From: Mustelus asterias
Taxonomy: Eukaryota
Reading direction: 5' to 3'
NCBI RefSeq assembly: GCF_964213995.1
Contig: NC_135808.1
Span: 23,622,001 to 23,686,000, forward strand
DNA length: 64,000 nucleotides
A program made the position numbers and the translations under genes. The notes below the pieces were generated by a model, which was given only the letters and a program-made list of their open reading frames with translations, ran no database searches and was not told the DNA's origin. Shown here in pieces: positions 13,110 to 25,881 of this stretch; position 1 is the stretch's first letter; the number at the start of each line of letters is the position of its first letter.

Positions 13110-14794
13110 GAGTCATAGAGTCAAAGAGTTTTATAGCATGGAAACAGGCCCTTCGGCCAACTTTCCAATGCCGCCCATTTTTAACTCCTAAAGCTAGTCC
13201 CAATTGCCCGCGTTTGGCCCATACCCCTCTATACTAACCTAACCCATGTAAGTCTCTAAACGCTTTTTAAAAGACAAAATTGTACCCGTCTCTATTACTC
13301 CCTCTGGCAGCTTGTACCAGACACTCACCACCCTCTGGACCCTTTAGTATATCCCCCCTCTCACCATAAATCTATGCCCTTTAGTTTCAGACTCCCCTAC
13401 CTTTGGAAAAGTATATTGACTATCTAGCTGATCTACGCCCCTCATTATTACATAGACGTGGATAAGATCACCCCTCAGCCTCCTACGCTCCAGAGAAAAA
13501 AAGTCGCAGTCTGTCCAGCCTTTCCTTATTACTCAAACCATCAAGTCCCGGTAGCATCCTAGTTAATCTTTTCTGCACTCTTTCTAGTTTAAAAATATCC
13601 TTTCTATAATCGGGTGACCAGAAATGTACACAGTTATCCAAGTGTGGCCTCACCACTCTCTTGTACAACTTCAAAAAGACGTCCCAACTCCTGTATTCAA
13701 TGTTCTGGCCAATTAAACCAAGCATGCCGAATGCATTCTTCACCACTCTGTCCACCTGTGACTTCATTTTCAAGGAGCTATGAACCTGTACTCCGAGATC
13801 TCTGATATATAACTCTCTCAAAGCCCTATCATTAACTGAGTAAGTCCTGCCCTGTTTCGATCAACCAAAATGCATCACCTCGCATTTCCCTAAATTAAAC
13901 TCCATTTGCCATTCATCAGCCCACTGGCCCAATTGATCAAGATCCCGTTGCAATCCTGGATAACCTTCTTCACTGTCCACTGCGTCACCACTCGTGGTGT
14001 CATCTGCAAACTTAGTAACTATGCCTACGAAATTCTCATCTAAATCGTTAATATAAAAGACAAATAACAGTGGACCCAGCAATGATGCCTGAGGCACACC
14101 GCTGGTCACAGGCATCCAGTTTGAGAAACAACGCTCGGCAGCCACCAGCTGTCTTCTGTCAAGTAGACAATTTTGTATCCATTTCGCGACCTCACCCTGG
14201 ATCCCGTGAGATTTAAAATTGTGCAACAACCTACATGTGTTACCTTGTCAAAGGTCTTATTAAATTCCATGTAGATAACATCACCTGCACTGCACTCATC
14301 TACCTTTTTGGTTACCCCCTCCAAAAAACTCAATTAAGTTTGTGAGATATAATTTTCCACTCACAAAGCCATGCTGACCGTCCCTAACCAGTCCTTGCGT
14401 CTCTAAATGCCTTTAGATCCAGTCTTTCCAAATACCTTCTCAAAACTTAACAACTACGTATGTGAGGCTCACCAGCCTGTAGTTCCCAGGCTTTTCCCTG
14501 CAGCCCTTTTTAAACAAAGGCACAACATTGCCACCCTCCAATCTTCAGGCACCTCATCCGTGACTACCAGTGATTCAAATATCTTCGTTAGGAGACCCGC
14601 AATTTCCTCCATGGCCTGGGATACTCTTCGCCAGGTCCCGGGGATTTATCTACCTTGATGCGCTTTAAGACTTCCAGCACCTCCTTCTCTGTTGTAAGTA
14701 CTCCTCAAGACATCACTATTTATTTCCCCAAGTTCCCTAACTTCCATGCTTTTCTCAAAAGTGAATACTGATGAGAAATTTTCTCTTAGGATCT
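13110..14794 (-). mobile_element. CR1 LINE fragment, same subfamily as 10836 and 31705 copies
   Basis: ORFs 13483-14333(-) encode frameshifted RT; tail agagtcatagagtc. Confidence 0.92.
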
Positions 14795-14809
14795 CACCCA
14801 TCTCTTGAC

Positions 14810-15028
14810 GTTAGGGTGTGAACCCCAAAACACCAACACCCAGAGAGAGAGAGAGAGAGAGACATCAGGGTGTGAACCCCAAAACCCAGCACACAGAGAG
14901 AGAGAGACATCAGGGTGTGAACCCCAAAACTCAACACCCAGAGAGAGAGAGAGACATCAGGGTGTGAACCCCAAAACCCAACACCCAGAGAGAGAGAGAC
15001 ATCAGGGTGTGAACCCCCAAACACGAAA

Positions 15029-15061
<33 letters not shown>

Positions 15062-15170
15062 GACATTTAGGTATGAACCCAAAATATCAACACCACAGAG
15101 AGAGACATCAAGCCATGAACCCCAAAACACCCACTGTCACACATAGAGAAACATCAGGGTATGAATCCCA
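14810..15170. repeat. ~35-40-bp minisatellite (gagagagacatcagggtgtgaaccccaaaa), about 9 copies
   Basis: Visible tandem units; a single-copy homologue abuts MHC exon 2 at 45355-45392. Confidence 0.85.
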
Positions 15171-15204
15171 AAATGTGAATTCTAAACTGAGAGCAAGAGC
15201 TCCA

Positions 15205-15872
15205 CCGAGCTTGACATTGCCCCTCTTGCACTCCATCACTCACTGACCCAGGGTTAATGCCCCAGTACCCAGCCTGGCATTGCCCCTCTCATACCCCATC
15301 ACTCACTGACCAAGGGCTAATGCCCCAGTACCCAGCCTGGCATTGCCCCTCTCACACCCCATCACTCACTGACTCAGGGTTAATGCCCCAATACCCAGTC
15401 TGACATTGCCCCTCTCACACCCCATCACTCACTGACCCAGGGTTAATGCCCCAGTATCCAGCCTGGCATTGCCCCTCTCACACCCCATCACTCACTGACC
15501 CAGGGTTAATGCCCCAGTACCCAGTCTGACATTGCCCCTCTCACACCCCATCACTCACTGACCCAGGATTAATGCCCCAGTACCCAGTCTGACATTGCCC
15601 CTCTCACACCCCATCACTCGCTGACCCAGGGTTAATGCCCCAGTACCCAGCCTGGCATTGCCCCTCTCACACCCCATCACTCACTGACCCAGGGTTAATG
15701 CCCCAGTACCCAGCCTGACATTGCCCCTCTCACACCCCATCTCTCAGTGATCCAGGGTTAATGCCCAGTGCCCAGCCTGGCATTGCCCCTCTCACACCCC
15801 ATCACTCACTGACCCAGGGTTAATGCCCCAGTACCCAGCCTGGCATTGCCACTCTCGCACCCCATCACTCAC
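15205..15872. repeat. 63-bp tandem repeat, about 10.5 copies (intron 1 of MHC copy A)
   Basis: Unit ctgacccagggttaatgccccagtacccagcctggcattgcccctctcacaccccatcactca; about 2.5 copies at 45425-45587. Confidence 0.95.
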
Positions 15873-15915
15873 CTGCAGACACCTCTCCACACAGAAGGAC
15901 CATCAGTCCAATCAT
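15873..15915 (-). pseudogene. MHC class I leader exon of truncated copy A (no downstream exons)
   Basis: MIGLMVLLCGEVSA-G|GTGAGT; paralogous to 45588-45636 with a 6-bp deletion. Confidence 0.85.
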
Positions 15916-16346
15916 TGCTGCATCCTTCAGATTGGAAGAAACCTTTGGAGGAAACTCTTTTTCAAAGAAAGGGGATCTTCTCAACTTGTTCCTTCTGTCT
16001 TTTTCTGTTCACCCGAAGCCGCAATCGGATTAGACACAAAACAGGTTGGCAAACTTCCTCAATATTCAGAATTCTCCAAACAGGGAAATACAACTGGTTA
16101 TATTATGTTTGCTCAGTGGTTAGCACTGCTGCCTCACAGCGCCAGGGACCCAGGTTCAATTTCAGCCTTGGGTGACTGTCTGTGTGGAGTTTGTACATTC
16201 TCCCTGTGTCTGTGTGGGCTTCCTCCGGGTACTCCTGCTTCCTCCTGCACTCCAAAGATGTGCAGGTTAGGTGGACTGGCCAAGCTAAATTGCCCCTTAC
16301 TGTCCAAAGATGTGTGTGATAGAGGATTAGCCATGGTAAATATGTA

Positions 16347-17634
16347 ACACACGCATCTCCATTAAGGACGGTCACCTCAGCACCTCACTGTACCGCAAAC
16401 CCACGGATAACCTCATGATGCTCCACTTCTCCAGCTTCCCCCCAAACACGTAAAAGAAGTCATCCCCTACGGAAAAGCCCTCCGAATACACAGGATCTGC
16501 TCGGATGAGGAGGATTGCAACAGACACCTCCAGATGCTGAAAGATGCCCTCATAAGAACAGGATATGGCGCTCGACTCATCGATCAACAGTTCCGTTGCG
16601 CCACAGCGAAAAACCGCACCGACCTCCTCAGAAGACAAACACGGGACACGGTGGACAGAATATCCTTCGTCGTCCAGTACTTCCCCGGAGCGGAGAAGCT
16701 ACGGCATCTCCTCCGGAGCCTTCAACATGTCATTGATGAAGATGAACATCTCGCAAGGCCATCCCCACACCCCCACTTCTTGCCTTCAAACAACCGCACA
16801 ACCTCAAACAGACCATTGTCTGCAGCAAACTACCCAGCCTTCAGGAGAACAGTGACCACGACACCACACAACCCTGCCACAGCAACCTCTGCAAGACGTG
16901 CCGGATCATCAACACGGATGCCATCATCTCACGTGAGAACACCATCTACCAGGTACATGGTACCTACTCTTGCAACTCAGCCAACATTGTCTACCTGATA
17001 CGCTGCAGGAAAGGATGTCCCGAGGCATGGTACATTGGGGAGACCATGCAGACGCTACGACAACGGATGAATGAACACCGCTCGACAATCACCAGGCAAG
17101 ACTGTTCTCTTCCTGTGGGGGAGCACTTCAGCAGTCACGGGCATTCAGCCTTGGATCTTCAGGTAAGCGTTCTCCAAGGCGGCCTTCACGACACACGACA
17201 GCGCAGAGTCGCTGAGCAGAATCTGATAGCCAAATTCCGCACACATGAGGATGGCCTAAACCGGGATGTTGGATTTACGTCACATTATCAGTAACCCCCA
17301 CAGCTTTCCCCCTGATCTTGCAGAATCTCACTAGCTGTTCTGTCTGGAGACAATACACATCTCTTTAACCTGTGTTGAATGCTCCCTCCACCCACATGGT
17401 CTGTACCTTTAAGACCTGGCTGGCTGTAGAGATTTGCATTCTAATTAGTATTCTGTAACTTGATTTCTGTGTCTGTGCATTGTTGGAGAACAGATATCCA
17501 CTCCATCTGACGAAGGGGCAGCGCTCCGAAAGCTTATGGTATTTGCTACCAAATAAACCTGTTGGACTTTAACCTGGTGTTGTGAGACTTCTTACTGTGC
17601 TTACCCCAGTCCAACGCCGGCATCTCCACATCAC
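16347..17634 (+). mobile_element. 5'-truncated Penelope-like element (Neptune type; RT end, GIY-YIG, pLTR)
   Basis: Near-identical to 41120-42070; TSD aaatatgta at 16338-16346 and 17635-17643. Confidence 0.92.
17503..17539 (+). ncRNA. Minimal type I hammerhead ribozyme candidate in Penelope pLTR
   Basis: CCAU-CUGACGA-A-GGGGC/agc/GCUCC-GAAAGCUU-AUGG: core boxes, stem I, stem II and palindromic AAGCUU stem III. Confidence 0.7.
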
Positions 17635-18654
17635 AAATATGTAGGGTTACAGGGATGGGGCCTGGGTAAAGATGCTCTGTCTGAGATTTGGTGCTGACTT
17701 GAATGGGCTCATTCTATGATTCTAACATCATCAGTTGCCGGATAGAATAAGCCAAAATGAGTTTAATACAGTGACAGAGGGAAGGACATGAAGAAGAGCA
17801 GCAGATCTGAGCTAACCATTCAATTAGATCACTACTGATCTCAACCCCAGCTTCTGACTATAAAATTATTACCCAATAAAAATCTATCACTCTTACATTT
17901 GAAAGCTCCAATTGTTCACATTTTTTTGTGCAGAGACTGGATGTGGATTTCACACTGCTGAATCATTTTAACATTATAAACATATCGATCAGATCATCCC
18001 TCAACATTCTAAACCCGAGGGAATAAGTTTTTACATGCTGTCAAACTTTATACTTTATTGTGAAAAGCCGATCCTCTAAAGCACGTCTCTGCAGACTGAA
18101 TTGTTCTGTTTGCCCTTTGTCAGTGCTCAGGAGTTGGGGCTAATATTGTTGCATGAACAGAGGATTGGTTAATGGACAAGAAACATTGATTTGGCATAAA
18201 TGGGCCCATTTCAAGTTGGCCAACTGTGACTAGTGGATTGTCACGAGGATCAGTGCTGGGACAATCAGCCATTTACAATCTTTATTCGTGACTCAGACCA
18301 AGAGGCCAAGTGTAATGTATCTAAATTTACAGCAGCTACAAAGCTAGGTGGAAATGAGGAGAGATTGACTCAGTTAGGATTGTGTTCGTTGGAGTTTAGA
18401 AGAATGAGGAGGATCTCATCAAAACCTATAAAATTCTAACAGGAAGAGACAGGCTAGATGCAGAAGGATGTTCCCGATGGCAGGGGAGTCCAGAACCAGG
18501 GGGCCTATTTGAAGTATATGCGGAAAACCATTGAGGACTGATTATGAACATCCTGGGGATTACCATTGACCAGAAATTGAACTGAACCAGCCATATAAAC
18601 ACTGTAGCTACAACAGTGGGTTAGAGGCTGGGAATTTTGTGGATAGTTTAAATT

Positions 18655-18925
18655 TTAAGTTTCTGTTTCACTATCACAAATAGGCTTATATTAATACTGT
18701 AATGACGTTACTGTGAAAGTCCTCCAGTTGCCACACTCCAGTGTCTGTTCGGGTACACTGAGGGAGAATATAGCATGGCCAGTGCATCCAACCAGCACGT
18801 CTTTCAGACTGTGGGAGGGAAACGGAGCTCCCGGAAGAATCTCATGCAAATACGGGGAGAACATGCAGACTCCGCACAAACAGTGACCCAAACAAGGAAT
18901 CGAAGCAGGGTCCCTGGCGTTGTGC
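18655..18925 (-). mobile_element. tRNA-derived SINE (alternative-tail subfamily)
   Basis: Reverse complement of the element at 39043-39352. Confidence 0.8.
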
Positions 18926-19320
18926 CACCAACCCCAGTAACTCACCTCTTATGCAAGATGCTCTTTTGGAGGGTTGGTGCAAGTGGTGCAGCCGATGGGC
19001 CGAATGGCCTCCTTCTGCACTGTAGGATTGAGTTGTGTTGAGACAACCAATAAAGAGAGACGGGGGGAAGGCGCGGGCGCGGTTGTTGATGTTCTGTGAA
19101 TTCCGTGTTGAAGTTAGAAAATTCTGGGTGAAGTGAGGCAGTTTGATGCTGTTGTCCGGATTGTAACCGCGGGGAGACAGACCTGGGGCAATGCCATTGG
19201 GATGATGGAAAATGAGCTGCGGAATTGACTGTTGTCGGAAAGAGAGAAAGTTAAAATAAGTTTCAAATCAAAATCGTGACTGAAGCGAATCCTCGGCTTC
19301 CGGGTGGGAAAAATTAAACA

Positions 19321-19365
19321 GGAAAATTCCAGTGAAATAGAAATTAGAGTGAGTGAAAGGAAATT
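19321..19365. promoter_or_regulatory. Candidate NF-kB plus double ISRE enhancer upstream of MHC copy A
   Basis: GGAAAATTCC immediately followed by GAAAtaGAAA and GAAAgGAAA, next to a CpG-containing stretch (19060-19310). Confidence 0.4.
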
Positions 19366-19399
19366 CAGATTGTGTCCCCAGAATTGAGAAAATAAAACA

Positions 19400-20850
19400 A
19401 GTTGCACTTTTTAGGTTGAGAAAGTTTGTAGAAGTTTTGGAATTGAAACACACTCTGTTGGAAACTCCGCCCTCTGTTGTTTCAATGTAACAATCTTCAA
19501 TGTTTCCTTTTCTGTTATTTGTGAAACGCGATTTTCCCTTAATTTCAACAACAGACATTGGTGAAGAAAGAAGATGTGGTGGAATTTATTTTATCCCCTT
19601 TTAAAAGACACGTTTTTAACGTTGAAAAGATCCAGAGTGAAACTTGAAGTGATGTGAGGAAAAATTGTGTGTACAGATGTGTGTGTGTAAATGTCCTGTT
19701 AGTGAATGAGGAAAGGCTGTGTGAATGCTCTGCATTGCTGTTCCTTCAGACCGGCTCCAACTCTGATGTGTTTTCCTGAAAGTGGTTAGGTCGAAAGGGG
19801 AAATAACAGTTAAAAGTTTTGAAACTGGAAACTTGTTGCCGCTCCAATGAAACTCTATTGAAGCTGGTGAAGCATGTGGGATTTCTAATCCAGATACAAA
19901 TTCACATCTGTCAGAGTAGAGTCGTTTCTTAAATTGTGACGGTGTAATTTTGAATTGAGGAGTGGAATTTAAGGTGATTGTTGATGGATTATTCTTGTGT
20001 TTAAAATCTACATAAAACTCACCCTGGGGAACAATCGGGACTTTATCTTCTAATCCATTTTGCTCCAAGGTTTTTATTCGGAAGTATCCAGTTTGAAATG
20101 GTGAATCCACAAGATTTGAAGAAATATCTTTGTTCTGCTGAAACCGCCATTTCTCTGAGAACATTGTAACCCAGTCACTTTTTGAAATCGCGGTGACAGT
20201 GAATTCCTTCACCGAAAATGTTTTAATTTAGAATTAACGCATTCAACTCCAAGCAGGATGAACCTTTTGTGTTGGTTTTATAAACACACACACACACACG
20301 CAGGTGACAATTGCGTCCAGTACTGAAAAATGTAACAATATTTCCAGCAGCTACAAGAATTTGGAAACATTTGCAGACACCGATTTGATACAAAGGCTCT
20401 GATATTTCAAAGATGTTTATTATTTCCCGAGAGTGCTCGGGAATGGGAGATCTTGACGTCAACACACTAACCAATTAAGTTTAAGTTTGTTTATTAGTGT
20501 CACAAGTAGGCTTATATTTACACTGCAATGTGGTTCCTATGAAAACCCCCTGATCGACACACTCTGGCGCCTGTTGGGGTACACTGAGGGAGAATTTAGC
20601 ATGACCAATACACTTTACCAGCTTGTCTTTCAGACTGTGGGAGGAAAACCGGATAGCCGGAGGAAACCCTTGCACTCACAGGGAGAACATAGAGACTCTG
20701 CACAGTGATCCAAGGCGGAAAAAGAAGCCGGGTCCCTGGTGCTGTGAGGCAGCAGTGCCATTCACTGTGCCACCTTGCCGTCCCATAGCACTAATTTCGA
20801 GAAACATGAAAGGGCAGACAAAATTGGAATTGATCAATTCAATACATATG
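19400..20850 (+). repeat. Segmental duplication of MHC upstream region (paralogues 54580-55730 and, partially, 61720-61835)
   Basis: Long collinear matches, e.g. gttttggaattgaaacacactctgttggaaactccgccctc at both 19434 and 54602. Confidence 0.9.
20478..20783 (-). mobile_element. tRNA-derived SINE, absent from the 55650 paralogue
   Basis: Reverse complement of the 39043-type SINE. Confidence 0.8.
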
Positions 20851-22619
20851 AATTAATACTTTAAAACATTAAAGGAGAATTAAAATACATCTTAGCTCCT
20901 TTCACTGAATATTAAGAAATAAACAATACAGTGGGCTGTCTGGGCAAGGCTACAGTTATGCAGAAGAATTGGGAACATGAACATTGCACGGCCTCCACCT
21001 CGATCCTGCTGGGTCATTTCAGAAGACATTTAATGGTCAACCACATTGCTGTGGGTCTGTAGGCCAGACCAGATAGAGACCGCAGATTTCCTTCCCTAAA
21101 GAACATTAAACAAGATAGGTTTTTACAGCAATCAACAATGGCTTCATAGTCATCATTAGACTTTTAATTCCAGATTTTATTCTTTATTGACTTCAAATTC
21201 CACCCTCTGCCTTGGTGGGATTCAAATCCAGGTTCCCAGAGCTTTCTCCTGTGTCTCTGGATTCCTAGTCCACTGACAATACCTCTACACCGCCGACAGC
21301 CCAAACTCCACATGGACGTACTGGACATGTGTCACGCACCTGGATGTGTGGTGGGTTATCAAAATCAGGAATTACTCCTTGGGGAGGTGGAACTGGACAG
21401 GACCATGAAAGTTACTTGTTGTCACCTTCCTGCATCTTCCAGGTCTTAATCTGGAATGAGAGGCTGGAATGGTAAAAGAACATTGTGATCCAGCTAAAGA
21501 GATGTGCAAAGTATTCGTTTAATCTTAACTAATAAACCCCCATGTGGTAACTTTTTTCTAAAGTCCATGAAAGTATATCTATCACATTTTCCCATCACCA
21601 TGTCTGTTACCATCTCAACGAATACTCGGAGCTTTGACAAGCACCATCTTCCCTTTTAAAATATGTGTTTACTGCTAATTTATTGCTATTAATTCCTCTT
21701 GATGTGCATTTTTAGTAAAACGTTTTTAAAAGTCTTAAAATGTTCCCCATTGCAGTGGTGTTACCCTACCCCATTGATAGTTTTGTACTGAAGACTTTAC
21801 AGAGGCAGGAAGTGAAAAAATAAATCACATTTATTGTAGAAATTGCAGCAATGTTACAGACTGCAGTAACAGGTGACTGAGTTGGCAGTGAACCAGACAG
21901 ATTCCTAGAGTCTGTATAAACAGGGCAGATCAGAATAGCTTACAAAGTGCAGATCACAACAGCTTAAAAAGTGCAGCTCCAGATAGAGTAATTCCTGAAA
22001 AACAATCGCCACAGTTCCATTTACACAGCGTCACATATGTAGTGTTTAAATGAGTCAGCCGCTGTCATCTCGATGAAATCACATCCTTCCTGATTCTCTC
22101 ATCCACTCCTGCTGCTGATCTTGGGGACTGGTGTCCCTGGGGCACTGGAGAACACTGGGGATGAGAAAGAAATATATCACTATCGAGGGAGGCAAACCCA
22201 GCAGAGCTGGAACATCCCCCAACAAAACCCATCAGATCCACCTGACCCCCACAAATACCAGCAGCCAAATCCATCAGACCCCTCATGCCTAATACTGCAG
22301 AAACCTGGAAGAGTACAGAGAGAGTAGGGGTGAAATTGAAAGAGAAACCAGGAAAGTAAAGAAAGGCATAAAAAACGCTGCCAAGAAAAAACAAAGAACC
22401 TCCAAGGATGCACATGTAGAGAAAAGGATAAGGAAAGAGTAAGGCCTTGTGGAGACCAATAAGAAGTGCATGTGAGAGGGTGGGGAATGTGGTGAGGTTG
22501 TGAATAAATACATTGCCCCTGTCTTTGGGAAACATGGGGCAATGCTGACATTGCAATGAAGGAAGAAGTGTGTGAATTACTGCATAAGAGATTACATATT
22601 AATGGATTTTACAACTTTG

Positions 22620-24090
22620 AAAGATGGTAAATCACCGGGATAAAAGAAACAAGGGAGGAAATTGCAGAGGCTCTGACCATCAGAATCATTCCTCCCGGGC
22701 TACATGAGTGTGGAAGAAGGTTAAAGGACTGTCAATATCACACGATGGATTGAAAAGGGAAGAAGGGGCAATCTGAGTCATGATACACCAGTTAGTGTAA
22801 CTTCGATGGACATACCGAAATCAATTGTGAGGAACAGTGTAAAGCTTCATTGAGAAAGGCACAGATTAGCGTGGATTTAAGGGGCGTTCATCTCAGGCTA
22901 AACTGATTGAAAATTTGGAAGAGGTGAGAAGGATGGGTTGATGAGGACAGTGAGGTGGATGTGGTCAACATAGATTTTAATGTTTTAGACAAGGTCCCAC
23001 ATGGCAGGCTGGTCAGAAATATGAAAACACATTGAGATCCAAGAGACAATGACAAATCAGACCCCAAATTAGCTCAGTGGCAGGAAGCAAAGGGTTAAGG
23101 GGTTTATTGCGACTGGAATGATGTTACCAGTGGGGGTTCCATGGGGCCCAGCTCTCACTCCCTCGCATTTTGTGGTTCAGGTGAATGATTCAGATTTAAA
23201 TGTAGGGAGAATGATGAAGAAGTTTAGAGATTTAGAAATATTGTCCGTATGGGTGACAATGAGGAGGAAAGCTTCAGACTGCAGGAAGATCGAGATGGTC
23301 TGGGCAGTTGGGAAGAACAGTGGAAAATGGAGTTCAATCCGGAGCAGTGAGAGGTGATGGATTTCAGGAGGATTAACAAGGCAAGGGAATCCCCAATAAA
23401 TGGGAGGATAATGAGTAATGTGGAGGAACAGAGGGACCCAGGAGTGTATGTCCACAGATTGGGAAAGGTGTCAGGACAGGTTGATAATGTAATTAAGAAG
23501 GTATATTACATGCTTTCCTTTATTAGCCAAGGCACAGAACAGAGTGGTTTTGCTACAACTGCAAATAACGCCAGAGAGACGACAGCTGAAGCATTGCAAA
23601 CAGTCTGGTCAGCACATTACACAAAAGATGTGATTGTATTGGAGAGAATGCAGAGGAGGTTGTTTAATATGGACAGGACTGGAGAATGTTCACTGTGAGG
23701 AAAGAGTGGATAGGCTGGAATAGGATTCTGTAGAATAGAGGAGGCCGAGGGGAGATTTAATTGGGGTGGATATAATTATGAGGAGCCATGGTAAATAGAG
23801 ATGACACGTTTCCCTTAGCAGAGGGTCAAAAACCAAGGGCCACAGATTTAAAGTAATTGGTAGAAAGATCGGGGGGAAATGTGGAAAGAGTTTTTCACCC
23901 AGAGGGTGGGAGGGACCCGGAACTCACTGTCTGAAAGGATGGTAGAGGCAGAAACTCTCACCACATTGAATCAATTCTTGGATGTCGAGTTGAGGAGCTG
24001 TGACCTACAGAGCTGCAGACCGAGTACAGGAAGGTGAGATTAGGCTGGAGAGCTCTTCGCGAACAGGCAGGGACATGGTGAGTTGAATGA
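22620..24090 (+). mobile_element. Old degenerate CR1 LINE (RT region)
   Basis: Remnants DKVPHGRL, RDPGVYVHR, KDVIVLERMQRR and a 3' FFTQRV-like region. Confidence 0.75.
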
Positions 24091-24632
24091 GCTTGCTGTC
24101 AAACATAAATTTTATATCATTCAACTTTCCACTCATTCAACACCAACTAAACCCATCAGAGCTCCAAACACCAGCTAAACCCATCAGACCCCCAATCACC
24201 AACTAAACCCCTAAGATTCACTCCACTTCCCAAACATTCAGAAAAAGATCAAACCCATCACAAAAAGTTAAATGATAAATCCTGTGGGAGTGACACAGCT
24301 CAGTGACCAACTTCAGAGAAAACTCTTGGGAATTCCGACTTCCTTATGGAAATTGAGCAGCTGAGCGGAGGCTGTCCAGGGTGAGATGTTTCCGGATGTC
24401 TCGACACCTCAACACCCACAATGTCTCCACCCTCAGACTGTACAGGAGCAGCCGTCTCCAGAAGGCCAGTCTCAAAGCTCAGTGTTGGATTGGATGAGCT
24501 GCTCTTTAGTGATGATACAGCGAGAGACAGACACGGAGCTCACATCCCACCCACCCGATTGTACAGTTAAATCCAGCGGGAATATCCCAGTTAGAAGGGT
24601 CAACTCCCAATATTTATTCACACAATTCATAC

Positions 24633-24680
24633 CTCAGGAACCTGTGGAGGAGATGGTTGTGGAATCCCCTTTATCAGAAG
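24633..24680 (-). pseudogene. MHC class I exon 7 (cytoplasmic, stop)
   Basis: 48 bp, TSDKGDSTTISSTGS* then G|GTATGA; acceptor reads caa instead of cag. Confidence 0.75.
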
Positions 24681-24946
24681 TTGTCAAAGGAAGGAGAGGC
24701 ATTAAAAATACTGTTTGTCATCAGACAGAATCAGTGCATGAGATATGGAGAGATAAAGATGGAGAGAGAGAGTGAGAGAAAGGAGAGAGAGAGAGAGAGA
24801 GAAAAAGAGAGAAAGAGAAAGCAATTTCTAAGTTATAAGTTCATTTATTGGTGTCACAAGTAGGCTTACATTAACATTGCAATTAAATTACTGTGAAAAT
24901 CCCCGAGCTGCCTGTTCGGGTCGATACAGAGAAAGAGTCATACAGA

Positions 24947-25309
24947 NNNNNNNNNNNNNNNNNNNNNNNNNNNNNNNNNNNNNNNNNNNNNNNNNNNNNN
25001 NNNNNNNNNNNNNNNNNNNNNNNNNNNNNNNNNNNNNNNNNNNNNNNNNNNNNNNNNNNNNNNNNNNNNNNNNNNNNNNNNNNNNNNNNNNNNNNNNNNN
25101 NNNNNNNNNNNNNNNNNNNNNNNNNNNNNNNNNNNNNNNNNNNNNNNNNNNNNNNNNNNNNNNNNNNNNNNNNNNNNNNNNNNNNNNNNNNNNNNNNNNN
25201 NNNNNNNNNNNNNNNNNNNNNNNNNNNNNNNNNNNNNNNNNNNNNNNNNNNNNNNNNNNNNNNNNNNNNNNNNNNNNNNNNNNNNNNNNNNNNNNNNNNN
25301 NNNNNNNNN
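24947..25309. other. Assembly gap (363 N) in MHC intron 6
   Basis: Run of N. Confidence 1.
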
Positions 25310-25361
25310 TCAATGGTGATTCACACAGTTACGCAGAGATGATGTTTGATGATCAGCTTAC

Positions 25362-25394
25362 TATTTGCAGGATTGTAGCCACTCTTCCCTCTCC
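25362..25394 (-). pseudogene. MHC class I exon 6 (cytoplasmic, Tyr motif)
   Basis: 33 bp, GRGKSGYNPAN then GTAAGC donor; acceptor reads ccg instead of cag. Confidence 0.75.
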
Positions 25395-25499
25395 CGGTAA
25401 AACAAGGAATGTTCAGTGAGTGACGAGACTGAGAGGAAATCAGAGACAGAGGCTGGAACTCTCGCTCGCACTGAGCCCCTCCAACACAATTCTGAAATC

Positions 25500-25660
25500 C
25501 TCACTCTCACCCTGACCGGGACCCTCACTCCCACAGTGAACCGGGACCCTCACTCCCCCTCTGACCCGGGGCCCTGACTCCCCTCTGACCCGGGACCCTC
25601 ACTCCCGCACTGACTGAAGACCCTCACTCCCGCACTGACCCGGGACCCTCACTGATACCC
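25500..25660. repeat. ~24-bp minisatellite (ctgacccgggaccctcactcccc) in intron 5
   Basis: About 6 imperfect copies. Confidence 0.75.
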
Positions 25661-25881
25661 TGAACTCGTCATTCAATCTGAGACCCTTCCCACAATTCAC
25701 AGACACTCCCCCTTTATCTTGAGCCCCTTACCCTCCCTATCCCAATCCTGCGACTCTCCCACCCACTCTGCGCCCCCCCACACCAACCTGAGACCCACAG
25801 CCTGAGCCACCCCCACCCTGGAATACTCTCCCACAATCCCTCCCCCCAGTGAGGAGCTGCTCTTTTCCCTCCAATTCCTAC

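Larger units (their letters stand above)
16110..17725 (+). mobile_element. HE1-type SINE split by a Penelope insertion
   Basis: SINE head 16110-16346 resumes at 17635. Confidence 0.8.

Noticed and set aside
14810-15872. CRISPR-like regular repeats (also 52485-53078)
   Set aside because: Head-to-tail tandem units without unique spacers, in a vertebrate genome with no cas genes.
19616-20212. 198-aa ORF in the duplicated block
   Set aside because: No recognisable motif; the 54780-55380 paralogue has indels and stops, so the frame is not conserved.
24877-25419. ORFs spanning X residues
   Set aside because: Produced by the N gap.
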